Assembly (NCBI GenBank): GCA_035455165.1
Contig: DATIFP010000214.1
Location: 2,571-66,570 of the forward strand
Length of the DNA: 64,000 nt
Direction of reading: 5' to 3'
Source: Blastocatellia bacterium
Lineage (GTDB): Bacteria > Acidobacteriota > Blastocatellia > UBA7656
In this document: in pieces, positions 37,577-50,980 of the stretch
Layout: every line of letters starts with the position of its first letter
Position numbering within the stretch: position 1 is the stretch's first letter
Program-made: the position numbers and the translations under genes
The notes under the pieces: generated by a model
Told to the model about the DNA's origin: nothing
Database searches by the model: none
What the model saw: only the letters and a program-made list of their open reading frames with translations

Positions 37577-38149
37577 CTACGCTGCCTTGGCGCGCTGAAG
37601 CAGCAACCGGCGAAGCTTCAATCTCGCCTTATGCAATTGCGACTTTGAGGTACCCGCGCTGCACCCGAGCAGCCTGGCTATCTCCTCGTGCTCGTAACCC
37701 TCGACGTCGTGTAATACAAATACTGTGCGGTAGCCGGGAGGAAGTTGGCCTATCGCGCTTTCGAGTCCGATGCGATCGATGATCGGCATGGATTCGGGGT
37801 TGATCGTCTCAGGGTCTATGGAGTCGGGCATTTCCCCATCGTCCGTCGTCAATTCAGAGCGGACCGACCGTTTGCGAAAGTGCATAAGCACCTGGTTCAC
37901 GGTAAGCCGATGAAGCCAGGTCGTGAAGGCCGCTTCGCCCCGAAACGAACCGATCTTGCGATGAAGTTGAATAAATACTTCTTGAGTCAGGTCTTCAGCT
38001 TCGGCTATGTTGCCGGTCATCCTGAGGCAAATCGAATACACTCTGCGATAGTGTTTGCGGTAAAGATCCTCAAAACCGCTCATCGCGTCGCCGGCCAATG
38101 CCGAGTTCAGCCCTGCGTCTGATTGAATCGAAATCGCGTTGGTTGCCAT
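37577..38149 (-). CDS. RNA polymerase sigma-70 factor, ECF subfamily (RpoE-like)
   Basis: Region 2 ([41 protein letters not shown]) and region 4 ([35 protein letters not shown]). Start at MATNAIS (ATG 38149, GGAGGAACGACA upstream). The track ORF extends to 38332. Confidence 0.8.
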   Translation of the reverse strand: MATNAISIQSDAGLNSALAGDAMSGFEDLYRKHYRRVYSICLRMTGNIAEAEDLTQEVFIQLHRKIGSFRGEAAFTTWLHRLTVNQVLMHFRKRSVRSELTTDDGEMPDSIDPETINPESMPIIDRIGLESAIGQLPPGYRTVFVLHDVEGYEHEEIARLLGCSAGTSKSQLHKARLKLRRLLLQRAKAA

Positions 38150-38390
38150 TGTCGTTCCTCCGAGTGTCCGCTCACGTGCTTCTCGATTGTGAGTGCTTCT
38201 GACAAGGGCGACTGGCGTGCCACCGGCCAGCGTAACGCCATCTTGACGGTAACTCCTCCCATTACAGAGACTTACCAGTGATGCGTTTTCACGCTGGCGG
38301 ACATGGCGGTTCTGCTTATCGTATGAACTCACACGAAATCGTGTGGGGTAGGTTTGGGGGAGGCTCGCCAGAGTGCAGGGCGGGCGGCAA

Positions 38391-38840
38391 TTAGATTCTC
38401 GGCGCGATCAGCTCAGCGACTCTCGCCAATAGAGACTCGTCCTCGCTTCCGAACGCGTCTTCGAGATCGCTGTCGATGTCTATCTGACCCAAGATGTCCG
38501 GACCACGCCTTATCAACACGACAATCTCCGCGCGAGTCTCGAGGCTGCAGGCGAGATAGTTATCCAGTTTTGTAACATCGCCGATTATCTGGTTCTTTCC
38601 TTCGGCCACCGCCACGCCGCACACGCCCTGGCCGACCGGGATGTGCGTATGTTCGGTTGGCTTGCCGATGTAATTGTGAAGCACAAGCGTGTCGCCTTCG
38701 AGCAGGTAGATGCCCACCCAATTGTAGCGTTCCCGCTCCTGTTTGAGGATCCGCACAGTCTGTCGAAGGACTTCATCGCGCGTCTCGCCCGACTCGACCA
38801 ACTGGTCAACCAGGCGCACTATCTCTTCAGCACTCTTCAT
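38391..38840 (-). CDS. GAF domain protein (free methionine-R-sulfoxide reductase-like)
   Basis: [42 protein letters not shown] is the typical fRMsr/GAF core. Confidence 0.75.
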   Translation of the reverse strand: MKSAEEIVRLVDQLVESGETRDEVLRQTVRILKQERERYNWVGIYLLEGDTLVLHNYIGKPTEHTHIPVGQGVCGVAVAEGKNQIIGDVTKLDNYLACSLETRAEIVVLIRRGPDILGQIDIDSDLEDAFGSEDESLLARVAELIAPRI

Positions 38841-39025
38841 CTCTCAGTAGGACTCCACATTCGGTTCTTTTGGACAAAGGTTGAGGATAGGAGGCGAGAT
38901 CGATTAATGCAAGCTTTGGTGTCCCGGTGGCAAGAGACCATCCGCGTCGTCAGCATGCTATTCCACCACGACTTTCTCGATTGCAAATTTGACTTCTCAT
39001 TTGGTTTCGGATAGGCTGAAGGCCC

Positions 39026-41499
<2,474 letters not shown>

Positions 41500-41690
41500 G
41501 CCCCCCAGATCTATTTGACTTGCCATAACTTCGGCCTTAACATACGCGCACGTCTGAGCGGCGGATACGGAATACCCTCAATCGAGGCCTGAGAAACAAC
41601 GGGAAAATCGCGAAGGCAACCAGTGGTCGGGGTTGTTCTGCCTCGACCTCAATAAAGACAATGCTCGTGATTCCTAAGGAGGATCGCACC

Positions 41691-42551
41691 ATGAAAACCC
41701 CTATACCGAAAATAATCTCCTCAATCGCAATGTGCTCGCTTATAATCGCTTCGCTTGGTCAGTCGGGCTTGAGTCAGCAGGCAGTCCCAGCGAAGGAAAC
41801 AACCCCCAAAAAGGCCGCGCCCACGAGAAAGGCAAAGCCCGCGGAGTCGCCAGCCGCGCCCGGGTGGCTTTCGATCAACATAGTTCGCGTGAAAGCAGAT
41901 ATGCTTGCGGAGTATCAGGACTTCGCGAAGAACGAAACAATTCCCGCCCTGCAAAAGGGCGGGGTGAAACAGCGAGAAGCCTGGGGAACCGGGGTCTTCG
42001 GCGAGGCATTCGAGTTCGTCTATGTGACTCCAATCGATAGCTTTGCTCAATACGACAGTCCCGGCCCTATTGTGAAAGCTCTTGGAGAAGAAGGTGCGCG
42101 AGCCTATGGCGCCAAGGCCCGGCGTTTGATCGTCAGCTCGCACACGTACGCCGTCCAAACCCGCCCGGACCTCAGCCTGATGGGCAATATGTCCACGCCG
42201 AAACTGGCGGTAATAAATTCGATTCGCGTCGTCCCGGGAAAAGGTCCGGCGTTCGAGAGTCTCCTCAAGACTGACATTCTCCCGGCGGTGAAAAAGGCGG
42301 GCGCGACCAACTACTTCGTGAGCCAGACAGTTTTCGGCGGCGACCCGAATGAATACGTCACGGTCACGCCAATGGATAGCTTTGCCGAGATCGGAAAGGG
42401 TTCGCCGGTGGTCCGAGGAATGGGAGGACAAGCGGCATTCAATAGATGGCTTGCAAAGGTGTCAGGAATCATAGCGAGCCAGGAGCGCACTGTTGGTCGC
42501 TATCTTCCCGATTTGAGTTTCCCGACGCCGGCCAAAGCGGAGAACAAGTAA
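41691..42551 (+). CDS. Secreted hypothetical protein
   Basis: Strong RBS AAGGAGGA 7 nt upstream of ATG 41691. Signal peptide MKTPIPKIISSIAMCSLIIASLG. No known motifs. Confidence 0.6.
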   Translation: MKTPIPKIISSIAMCSLIIASLGQSGLSQQAVPAKETTPKKAAPTRKAKPAESPAAPGWLSINIVRVKADMLAEYQDFAKNETIPALQKGGVKQREAWGTGVFGEAFEFVYVTPIDSFAQYDSPGPIVKALGEEGARAYGAKARRLIVSSHTYAVQTRPDLSLMGNMSTPKLAVINSIRVVPGKGPAFESLLKTDILPAVKKAGATNYFVSQTVFGGDPNEYVTVTPMDSFAEIGKGSPVVRGMGGQAAFNRWLAKVSGIIASQERTVGRYLPDLSFPTPAKAENK

Positions 42552-42695
42552 GACCGTTTGAGGAAGATCCTCAATCCACGGGCGCGTGGGTTCCACGCGC
42601 CCCTCAACCCTTCGGCCCGCACAGGCAGGGTACCCTCCAGGCACGTAGAGATTACTCTATCCGACGTCGGCGGTTTGATATACCTTGGACCTGTA

Positions 42696-42878
42696 ATGAC
42701 CGCCTGTTCGCAGTGCAAACAAACCTCGAAGGTCCTCAGGATGCAGAAGTGCGCGTTGTGCTTTAGGCCGGTCTGCGAGAAGTGTGCGATCCGTCGTTAC
42801 GCTCAGAAGTTCTGTTCGCAAAACTGCGCGAAATCAATCTTTCTTGACGAGAACGGAGAATTTGGGACAGAGTCATAG
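42696..42878 (+). CDS. Small cysteine-rich zinc-ribbon-like protein (~60 aa)
   Basis: [44 protein letters not shown] contains paired CxxC motifs. Weak RBS. Lies immediately upstream of hemB. Confidence 0.35.
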   Translation: MTACSQCKQTSKVLRMQKCALCFRPVCEKCAIRRYAQKFCSQNCAKSIFLDENGEFGTES

Positions 42879-42903
42879 GACAATTCCAGCAGGAGTCGAC
42901 ACC

Positions 42904-43872
42904 ATGAACCTGATCCAACGCCCCCGAAGGCTTCGCCGCACCGAATCCATCCGAGCGCTCGTGCGCGAAACAAAGCTGTCGCCCGATGATTTCGTCTATC
43001 CGCTGTTCGCGTGCGAAGGCGAAGGCGTTCGCCGCGAGATAACCTCGATGCCCGGTTCGTTCAATCTCTCGATCGATGAACTGGTAAAAGAAGTCGAAGC
43101 GGCATGGCGCGTCGGTGTGAGATCGGTGATTCTGTTCGGAGTGCCCGACGAAAAAGACGCGGCAGGCAGCGAGGCTTATGCAGAAGACGGAATAACTCAG
43201 CGAGCGATCCGCGCCATCAAGCGAGAAGTCAAGGAAGTCCTGGTGATCGCGGATAACTGTCTCTGCGAATACACGGATCACGGTCACTGCGGGGTGATCG
43301 AGAACGGCGAAGTGCTGAACGATCCAACGCTCGAGTTGTTGGCGCGCACCGCGGTATCGCAAGCCGAAGCCGGCGCTGACATAATCGCTCCGTCGAACAT
43401 GATGGACGGCTTCGTCGCGGCGATTCGCGAATCGCTGGACGAGGCAGGCTTCGATCAAACTCCGATCATGTCCTACGCGGTTAAGTACGCGTCGGGCTTT
43501 TACGGCCCATTTCGCGAAGCCGCCGGATCGGCTCCTCAATTCGGCGATCGGCGAGGCTATCAGATGGACCCCGCCAACTCTCGCGAAGCGATGCGCGAGG
43601 CCGAGCTTGACTACGAACAAGGCGCCGACATGTTGATGGTCAAACCGGCGCTCCCCTACCTCGACATCATTCGCGCAGTGCGCGAGCGGTTCGACCTTCC
43701 GATTGCCGCTTATCAGGTTTCCGGCGAATACGCGATGATCAAGGCCGCGGCGCGGCTGGGATGGATCGATGAACAACGCGTGGCCCTGGAGACATTGACG
43801 TCGATCAAGCGCGCCGGTTCTGATATCATTCTCACCTATTTCGCCCGCGAGCTGGCGGAAAAGCTTGCTTAA
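42904..43872 (+). CDS. hemB: Porphobilinogen synthase (delta-aminolevulinic acid dehydratase)
   Basis: [13 protein letters not shown]-terminus (AGGAG RBS). Conserved active-site region ([21 protein letters not shown]). Confidence 0.95.
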   Translation: MNLIQRPRRLRRTESIRALVRETKLSPDDFVYPLFACEGEGVRREITSMPGSFNLSIDELVKEVEAAWRVGVRSVILFGVPDEKDAAGSEAYAEDGITQRAIRAIKREVKEVLVIADNCLCEYTDHGHCGVIENGEVLNDPTLELLARTAVSQAEAGADIIAPSNMMDGFVAAIRESLDEAGFDQTPIMSYAVKYASGFYGPFREAAGSAPQFGDRRGYQMDPANSREAMREAELDYEQGADMLMVKPALPYLDIIRAVRERFDLPIAAYQVSGEYAMIKAAARLGWIDEQRVALETLTSIKRAGSDIILTYFARELAEKLA

Positions 43873-43992
43873 CGCGCGATAGCGAGATCATTTGAAGCCC
43901 GGTTGTCGGGACCTGATCGCGGCCACCCTTAGGCCGTGTCGGCATTTCCGGACATTGCCTCACACCGACGACTCAGGAGAGGAGACGGAGAC

Positions 43993-44610
43993 ATGATCGC
44001 CGATGACCAGCTGGCACGAATAGCCACGGCGCTCACGCCCGAGCAGCGCAGTGCGTACCTGGATCCTTTGAATGCGGCGCTGAGTGAATTCGAAATCAAT
44101 ACTCCGCTTCGTCAGGCTGCTTTTCTTGCCCAGACAGCACACGAGTCACAGAATTTCACGCGCCTGGTCGAGAACCTGAATTACTCCGCAAAGCGACTCA
44201 CGCAAGTTTGGCCGAAACGTTTTCCAACTCTCCAAAAGGCCCAACCATACGCCAATAACCCCCAAAAGCTGGCCAACTTCACGTATGGAGGGCGAAACGG
44301 AAACGGACCGGAAGCGAGCGGAGACGGTTGGAAGTATCGGGGTCGCGGGTTCATTCAGATTACCGGCCGGTCCAACTACCAGGCGTGCAGTGATGGTCTG
44401 GGCGCCGACTTCATTTCGGACCCTGACAAGCTTGCGCAACCGGACTTCGCATTTCGTTCCGCCGCCTGGTTCTGGAGAACTAACGGGCTCAATGGGCTCG
44501 CTGATAAGGCGGACCTCAAGACGATCACGATCAGGATCAACGGCGGGACGGTCGGACTCGACGAGCGCATAAAGCTGTATAACAAGGTGAAAGCGATTCT
44601 AGGAATATGA
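43993..44610 (+). CDS. Glycoside hydrolase family 19-like protein (endolysin/chitinase-type lytic enzyme)
   Basis: AAFLAQTAHESQNF..YRGRGFIQITGRSNY matches GH19 catalytic-region motifs. GGAGAGGAGACGGAGAC RBS. Confidence 0.75.
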   Translation: MIADDQLARIATALTPEQRSAYLDPLNAALSEFEINTPLRQAAFLAQTAHESQNFTRLVENLNYSAKRLTQVWPKRFPTLQKAQPYANNPQKLANFTYGGRNGNGPEASGDGWKYRGRGFIQITGRSNYQACSDGLGADFISDPDKLAQPDFAFRSAAWFWRTNGLNGLADKADLKTITIRINGGTVGLDERIKLYNKVKAILGI

Positions 44611-44789
44611 GCCCTCTATCGGGCTCTAAGGGTCATTTGCCTCAGGCGTCCCCCAGTCCCGAGGATTGCAGTTTTGTCCTTCGTAAGCCGCATTCCTTCA
44701 ACTCGACAACAAATCCCTAACGCCCACACTTAACAAGTTGCGGTCAGCTCCTGGAGAGTTGTACCTTGTGAGAGCGAGTCGTGGGTGTG

Positions 44790-46493
44790 ATGAAACGAGC
44801 TTCGATCAATAGAGTCTCCATAACCTTGCTGGTTTGGTCGTGCGTACTCTGTGCGCCCGCCGCCCAGACGGCGCGTTCGCAGAACCGATCTCAAGCTTCT
44901 GTTCGCGAGCAATCGACGAGCACACAACCGGCGGAGACCGTCGATTCCCTGGCCGCGCGGATCAACGCTCATATTTCACAGTCGAGGTTCGCAGCCTCCG
45001 CCTGGGGCGTGAAGATTGTCTCCCTCGACACCGGCAAGGTCATCTTCCAACACAACCCTCAGAAGTATTTCAATCCGGCTTCTAACGCAAAACTCTACAC
45101 TGCGGCGCTCGCGCTCGAACGCCTTGGGGCAGACTACCGAATACGGACGTCGCTCTACTCGACCACGAGGCCGGACGCGTCAGGCGTTCTCAAGGGGGAC
45201 CTGATCGTTTACGGCAGGGGGGATCCGACAATGGCGGCGAGGTTGAATGGCGGTGACTACCTCAAAGGCCTCGAGCCGCTGATCGCGCAATTGGTCAACG
45301 CAGGAATCAAACGTATCGAAGGCGACCTTGTAGGTGACGAGAGCTTCTTCACCGGCCCACCTTTTGGATCGGGATGGGAGTGGGACGATCTTCAAGCCTA
45401 CTACGGAGCCGAGGTGTCGGCTATCACGGTAAACGACAACGCTCTAGATGTGTTCGTCAAGCCGGCCGAGCGTGTCGGCATGCCTTGCCGGATCAGCACC
45501 GGTCCCCGGACTTCGTTTGTCACCTTCATCAATCGAACGCAGACGGGGCCAAAAGGGACTGAGACTCGGATAGTGGTCTATCGTCCAGTCGCCGAGAACA
45601 TCATCTACGTTTCCGGCCGGATTGCGATTGATAGCGCCAACGGTTACTACAGCGCGGTTGCCGTACACAATCCCGCGGGTTTGTTTCTGAGCTTGTTGAG
45701 GGACGCCCTTTCAGCGCGCGGGATCGTGGTCGCCGGCCGAACACGGGTGATCGATTGGAAGTATCGGGAAGTGACTCCTATCGACCTTACAAAGCTGATC
45801 GAGTTGGGCGCAGTCGAATCGATGCCGCTCGGCGACATCGTTCGCGAGACGCTGAAGCCTTCCCAAAACCTTTATGCGCAGCTGCTGTTGATGCAGGTTG
45901 GCGCGAACGCTGAACGGGAGTCAGGGGTAAGCGGTTGGGGGTCAGGTGACAAGCCGAACTCCGGGCATGCCGCAAAGCCCAATCCTCAACCCCCAAACTC
46001 AACGACTGAGGAAGCCGGCATCGGAACGTTGAACGATTTTCTGGACACCATCGGCGTGAAGAAGGGAGATGTATTGCTCGAGGAAGGATCGGGCCTGTCG
46101 CGCCGGGACGTCATCACTCCTCAGGCCACAATAGCATTGCTGACTTATGCGAGCCGCAGTCGATGGGCCGACGTGTTTCGCAATGCTTTACCGGTGGCCG
46201 CGGTCGATGGAACGCTTCAGAACCGAATGAAGGGAACAGCGGGGGCGGGAAACGTTCGCGCTAAGACAGGATCGCTTCGTTATGTGTACACGCTCTCGGG
46301 ATTCGTGACGACCGCGGCGGGCGAGCGACTGGCGTTCTCGGCCATGCTGAACAACTATTACAATGCGGAGCGTTCCGCCGCACTTCGCGATCCAGTTGCA
46401 AGTCAAGCAGGACACCCTGTCCCACCTGCTCCCCGAGACGACCTCGACGCGGTAGCTGTTATGCTTGCCGGATTCACCGGGCGAACTCAATAA
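44790..46493 (+). CDS. dacB: D-alanyl-D-alanine carboxypeptidase/endopeptidase (PBP4, peptidase S13 family)
   Basis: Signal peptide. SxxK (PASNAKL), SxN-like and KTG (AKTGSL) motifs. Contains a low-complexity Gly/Ser/Pro insert (SGVSGWGSGDKPNSGHAAKPNPQPPNS). Confidence 0.8.
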   Translation: MKRASINRVSITLLVWSCVLCAPAAQTARSQNRSQASVREQSTSTQPAETVDSLAARINAHISQSRFAASAWGVKIVSLDTGKVIFQHNPQKYFNPASNAKLYTAALALERLGADYRIRTSLYSTTRPDASGVLKGDLIVYGRGDPTMAARLNGGDYLKGLEPLIAQLVNAGIKRIEGDLVGDESFFTGPPFGSGWEWDDLQAYYGAEVSAITVNDNALDVFVKPAERVGMPCRISTGPRTSFVTFINRTQTGPKGTETRIVVYRPVAENIIYVSGRIAIDSANGYYSAVAVHNPAGLFLSLLRDALSARGIVVAGRTRVIDWKYREVTPIDLTKLIELGAVESMPLGDIVRETLKPSQNLYAQLLLMQVGANAERESGVSGWGSGDKPNSGHAAKPNPQPPNSTTEEAGIGTLNDFLDTIGVKKGDVLLEEGSGLSRRDVITPQATIALLTYASRSRWADVFRNALPVAAVDGTLQNRMKGTAGAGNVRAKTGSLRYVYTLSGFVTTAAGERLAFSAMLNNYYNAERSAALRDPVASQAGHPVPPAPRDDLDAVAVMLAGFTGRTQ

Positions 46494-46591
46494 CGAATCA
46501 AGATGTGACTGTTATGACGGAGTTCTCCCTCCCGCGCCAGCGGTTGGAATGGTGGGTGTTGAGCTTTCCGTTTGGAAGGCGCCGCCGGTGA

Positions 46592-49500
46592 TCACGGTGG
46601 CGCGGGATCTACAACGATCGTCAACGAGCCGGATGTGGCACTCACGTGAGGATCTTGAGAGTCGGTCAAGCGCACCGTAAAAGTAAAAGTCCCGTTTTGT
46701 CCTTGCGCCGGCGCACCCGAGATCACGCCGGTATTCGCGTTCAATGATAAGCCGGTCGGCAACGCGCCGGTTGCGATCGTCCACGTGTACGGGGTCGCCC
46801 CACCTTTGGCCTGAAGCGAATGTGAGTAGGACACTCCCACGGTTCCTCTGGCAAGCGTGCCTTCGGTGAGGATGACCAGCGGGCCGGGTACGATAGTGAT
46901 CTGCAATGGCTGAGAGGTTACGCTGGCCCCCGTGGCATCGGTCAGCATCACGACGAAATTGAAAGTGCCTACTTGCGCCGGTGTCCCCGAAATCACGCCG
47001 CTGGTGCTGCCAAGTGCGAGCCCGGACGTCGCGGGCAACCCCGCCACCACGCTCCATGTTCGAGGAGCAACACCGCCTGCGAAGAACAATTGTTGAGAAT
47101 AGTCGACGCCAGTGCTGCCCTGAGGAAGCTCACCATGGCTGATGATTTGGAACGGATCAACGTCGGAGCTGATGGCCAGAGACAAGCTGGCCAGCGCAGT
47201 GACGCCGGCGGAATCTGTTGCTCTCACCGTAAGCGGGAATGTTCCGAACACCGACGGCGTCCCGGAGATCCTACCCGACGCGTTCATCGAGACTCCGGTC
47301 GGCAGCGAGCCTGAACTCAACTGCCACGTGTAGGGCGGCCGCCCATTGGCCGCCGCGAGATCCGTCTCGTAGAACTCGCCCTTCTTACCTTTCGGTAACG
47401 CTGTAGTGACAATCGTGAAGATATTATTCTGGATGGTGACTGTCCGCGACCCAATAACCGTTGCGTTTCCGGCGGCGTCCAGCACTCTAACTGCCAGCGT
47501 GTGGTCCCCAAGAGTGAGCTTGGTAGTATCGATCTGGAAGCTGAATCCTGAATGTGCGGCATTCGGGAAGGTCCCCCACACCACTCCGATGTCGGGCCGG
47601 CTCAGCGCGTAAACAGCCTCGCTCACCTTCTGTCCATCCATCAGCACCTCGATCTGCACGACCCCGACGTTGTCGAGCGCCCAACCGCTCCCGCTTGCCA
47701 GATTGGTCAGTGTGGTGCGAGCGCCCGGCGTTTCGAGCGAGCCGAACGGTGCGAGCCTGTCAGACGGCTTAATGATGATCGCAAGAGTCCTGGTAACAGT
47801 CTGCGCGGCAAAGTCGGTTACGCGCACCACGAAGACGCTGGTTCCTGGCGAAGCCGGCGTCCCGGAGATCAAACCATCCGCGGAGAGATTCATTCCTGGC
47901 CCTAGGCTCCCGCTCGCTATGCTCCAGGTATATGGCGGCAAACCACCCGCCGCTTGAAGCGCTTGCGAATAAGGACGCTCTGCCGTCGTCTCGGGCAACA
48001 AGATCGTCTGAATCACAAGTGGCGGCGGGGGCGGAACGACCGTGAGGAACAGGGGCTTGGTGCTGGAGCTTCCGACTGCGTCCCGGACCCTGGCCAAGAA
48101 CGAACTCGAGCCCAGGGTGGTTGGTCTGCCCGAAACCTCACCGTCGCTGCTTACTGAAAGCCCGTCAGGCAAAGCACCGGCGTCGATGTTCCAATTGTAT
48201 GGCCCAACTCCGCCTGATGCTTCCAACCGGCCGCGGTATGGAAGACCTTGCGGCGCCTGTGGAAGAAAATCGGTCCTTATCGACAGCGGCGGCGGAGGCG
48301 GGCCAACCTCCAATGTCAACGGCTTGGTTGCCAATCTTCCGACGGCGTCTTCAACGCGCACGGTGAAATTAAAGGTCGCTTGAACCGTCGGCGTCCCCGA
48401 CAGTATTCCATCCGACGTGAGCGATAACCCATCAGGCAGCGTGCCGAATTTCTTCTTCTTCTTCTTTTTAGCCCAGCTATAAGGCGCGGTGCCCGCGGTC
48501 GCCTTAAACTCGTATCGATAAGGTACCCCGATCGCCGCCACCGGAAGCCCGGAGGGGCTCAGTATCGTCAGGCCGGGCGGCGGATCTACATCGATCGACA
48601 GCGGCGCGGTCAGCGACTGCCCGCCTTGATCGGTTGCGCGTATTTCGAATTGCGCTTCGCCCGATACAGTCGGTGTTCCTGAGATCGTGCCTGCCTCTGA
48701 AAGCTGTAACCCCTGCGGGAGGTTTCCCGATTTTAGCTCCCATCGATATGGACCGTTCCCTCCGGAAGCCTTCAGAGCTTGAGAGTACTCCTCGCCGACC
48801 ACGCCGTCGGGCAGCGAAGCAGTGTCGATAGAAAGAGCGAGGGCGGAAGGATTGATCGTTATCGCGAGAGTGGCTGTGACGCTAGCATTGACGGAATCGG
48901 TGAGCCTGAGCACAAAGCTCGCAGTGCCCGGCCGCTCCGGCGTGCCCGAGATGATCCCGCTTTGATTAAGGGTCAGCCCGTTGGGGAGATTCCCCGATTG
49001 GATGGACCAGGTGTAGGGAGTCTGGCCTCCCGACGCTCCGACATTCTGGCTGTACGTAGCGCCGACCGATCCTCGCGGCAACTGACTGCTTGTAATCGAC
49101 AGTGGTGCGGCAGATCTGACTATCAGGGTCAACGCCTTTGAAGCGACGCCTCCCCTGCTGTCGGATACCCTGACGACGAAGTTGAAAGTTCCCGCAGTCG
49201 AGGGAATGCCCGAGACGGATCCGGTTTGCGAAAGCGACAGGCCCGGAGGCAGCGACCCACTCTCTATCAACCAGGTGAAGTCCGGGCTGCCTCCCAGGGC
49301 AGCAAGCGTCCGGCTGTATGCAACGCCGACTGTCGCGTCGGGCAGATCCGCGGTCCCTATCGACAGCGCAGACGAAGTGGATGGCGTGATAACCGTCGCT
49401 TCGTTTGAGTACGAAGAAGCACCCGTGCCGTTGAACGCACGGACCCTATAGGCATAGGCGGTGTTGGCCAATACGCTGGAGTCCGCGTAGGTGTTGGTGT

Positions 49501-50980
49501 TGAACGAAACGACGCCGATCTGATTGAAGTCGGCGCTGGTGCCTCCACGCCGTTCAATTTGATATCCATCCTCGACCGCGGATGCGTCTTGCCACACCAG
49601 CGTAACTTGCGTCGGCGAACTTGCGCTCGCAACCAGTCCACCCGGCGCAGAAGGCGCCGGTTTTGGCACAGCCGAGGTCCATCCGATCTGCGCGACCGTA
49701 AAAGCACACAAGGCCGATTCGTTGATGCGCATCATGCATTCGGTCGAGGTGCGCGTGCACGCTAGGTCCTGGCAGTTTCCATTGAGAGCGTCGGGTCTGA
49801 CTTCAGGCGCACACGTGCAACTGCACGTCTGGTATCCAATCTGGAAGTATTCATCACAAGCATAAAAGATGTGCCCGGTCTCGTGACTTACTATCCGCGC
49901 GAGCTGCCAGCCGAAGCTGTGGAGCAGGCTGACCGAGTACGGACCGCCGATGTACGCCCACGACGAAAGCCCATCGGTGAACGACTGCCGAGCCGGAGCC
50001 GGGTTGTATCCGATGAACATCGAATAAGCCCAGTTGGCATGATTTTGATCGCGGATCACGCGGTCGAAAGCGGCCACGCGCTCAAACACGTTGCCGGCCG
50101 TAGCTCCCATGTTGCTCATTATCTGGCTGACCCACAATTGTGCGTCGGTTCCGGGATGCAGCACTGGCTCATAGGGAACCTGACAAACCGGGTTCGTCGA
50201 TGAAAAGAAGGCAATCGAAAACTGAAGGGGCCTCGCAAGGTTGAACGCTCGTGATTGCTCCACCCACCAGTTCAATCCATCCAGAACCTGCGTAAACGCG
50301 AAGTCTTGATCTGCTTGAGTCCACGAATAAACATTGGGATCGATCCCACCCGCGCTTTCCACCAGAAACACCGCCACCGCAACGCTGCCGTCCATCACAT
50401 CCGTGTTGCTGAGGAACTGGGGAGTGACGGTCGATTGAATCCCCTGCACTGACTGCTCGGCGCCGAGCAATCGTAGATTCCGGATGAAATTGTTCTTATC
50501 TAAGTCGGGATGCGGAAGCGAACAATCGACCATTCCCGGTCGCGCGGTGGCGGGTCCGGTCGGCTGGGCAGACTCGCGGTCCCTGCGTCTGGCGCTCTTT
50601 CCGGACGCAATATCGTTGAAAGCATTGATGGCCAGTTGTGTCTCCCGATCCCTGAATCGAGCCGGAGGCGACCCAACAGGCGAACGGTAGATCGACCGAA
50701 TGCCGTGATGTCCCAGGATCGCGGAGTCGGATTCCGGGGGAATCCAACCCATTATCGCATGGGGCGGCACAACGATGGCGACCGAACCTCCCTGGGCGAC
50801 GATGAAGTCACGCGCGTCTGCAAGTTCCGCCTGCGACTGGGCGTCCACAAGCACGAGCGTGTAACCACCGCGGCTGTCCGTCGAGAAGCGTGACTGACTG
50901 TGCGTATTAGCGGAGGCTGTATAGCTGCAGGCGGCCAAAACCACGAAGGCGGCTAACGGCCGCGTTATAAGGCGAACCAT
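46592..50980 (-). CDS. Giant secreted multidomain protein: N-terminal HExxH metalloprotease-like domain, FN3 domain, ~12 putative-Ig (dystroglycan/cadherin-like) repeats, internal Ig-like domain
   Basis: Signal peptide. HETGHIFYACDEY zinc-binding motif. Repeated GG.(P/D)Y.W.I.SG.LP.GL...G.ISGTP units. An AKKKKKKKF insertion is encoded by the (CTT)5-containing run 48449..48469. Confidence 0.85.
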   Translation of the reverse strand: MVRLITRPLAAFVVLAACSYTASANTHSQSRFSTDSRGGYTLVLVDAQSQAELADARDFIVAQGGSVAIVVPPHAIMGWIPPESDSAILGHHGIRSIYRSPVGSPPARFRDRETQLAINAFNDIASGKSARRRDRESAQPTGPATARPGMVDCSLPHPDLDKNNFIRNLRLLGAEQSVQGIQSTVTPQFLSNTDVMDGSVAVAVFLVESAGGIDPNVYSWTQADQDFAFTQVLDGLNWWVEQSRAFNLARPLQFSIAFFSSTNPVCQVPYEPVLHPGTDAQLWVSQIMSNMGATAGNVFERVAAFDRVIRDQNHANWAYSMFIGYNPAPARQSFTDGLSSWAYIGGPYSVSLLHSFGWQLARIVSHETGHIFYACDEYFQIGYQTCSCTCAPEVRPDALNGNCQDLACTRTSTECMMRINESALCAFTVAQIGWTSAVPKPAPSAPGGLVASASSPTQVTLVWQDASAVEDGYQIERRGGTSADFNQIGVVSFNTNTYADSSVLANTAYAYRVRAFNGTGASSYSNEATVITPSTSSALSIGTADLPDATVGVAYSRTLAALGGSPDFTWLIESGSLPPGLSLSQTGSVSGIPSTAGTFNFVVRVSDSRGGVASKALTLIVRSAAPLSITSSQLPRGSVGATYSQNVGASGGQTPYTWSIQSGNLPNGLTLNQSGIISGTPERPGTASFVLRLTDSVNASVTATLAITINPSALALSIDTASLPDGVVGEEYSQALKASGGNGPYRWELKSGNLPQGLQLSEAGTISGTPTVSGEAQFEIRATDQGGQSLTAPLSIDVDPPPGLTILSPSGLPVAAIGVPYRYEFKATAGTAPYSWAKKKKKKKFGTLPDGLSLTSDGILSGTPTVQATFNFTVRVEDAVGRLATKPLTLEVGPPPPPLSIRTDFLPQAPQGLPYRGRLEASGGVGPYNWNIDAGALPDGLSVSSDGEVSGRPTTLGSSSFLARVRDAVGSSSTKPLFLTVVPPPPPLVIQTILLPETTAERPYSQALQAAGGLPPYTWSIASGSLGPGMNLSADGLISGTPASPGTSVFVVRVTDFAAQTVTRTLAIIIKPSDRLAPFGSLETPGARTTLTNLASGSGWALDNVGVVQIEVLMDGQKVSEAVYALSRPDIGVVWGTFPNAAHSGFSFQIDTTKLTLGDHTLAVRVLDAAGNATVIGSRTVTIQNNIFTIVTTALPKGKKGEFYETDLAAANGRPPYTWQLSSGSLPTGVSMNASGRISGTPSVFGTFPLTVRATDSAGVTALASLSLAISSDVDPFQIISHGELPQGSTGVDYSQQLFFAGGVAPRTWSVVAGLPATSGLALGSTSGVISGTPAQVGTFNFVVMLTDATGASVTSQPLQITIVPGPLVILTEGTLARGTVGVSYSHSLQAKGGATPYTWTIATGALPTGLSLNANTGVISGAPAQGQNGTFTFTVRLTDSQDPHVSATSGSLTIVVDPAPP

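Noticed and set aside
42558-42695. N-terminal 46 codons of track ORF 42558..42878
   Set aside because: This upstream part overlaps the end of the preceding gene region and lacks Cys motifs. Only the zinc-ribbon portion from ATG 42696 is kept, at low confidence.
42763-43776. 337-aa ORF antisense to hemB
   Set aside because: It is a shadow ORF of a definite hemB.
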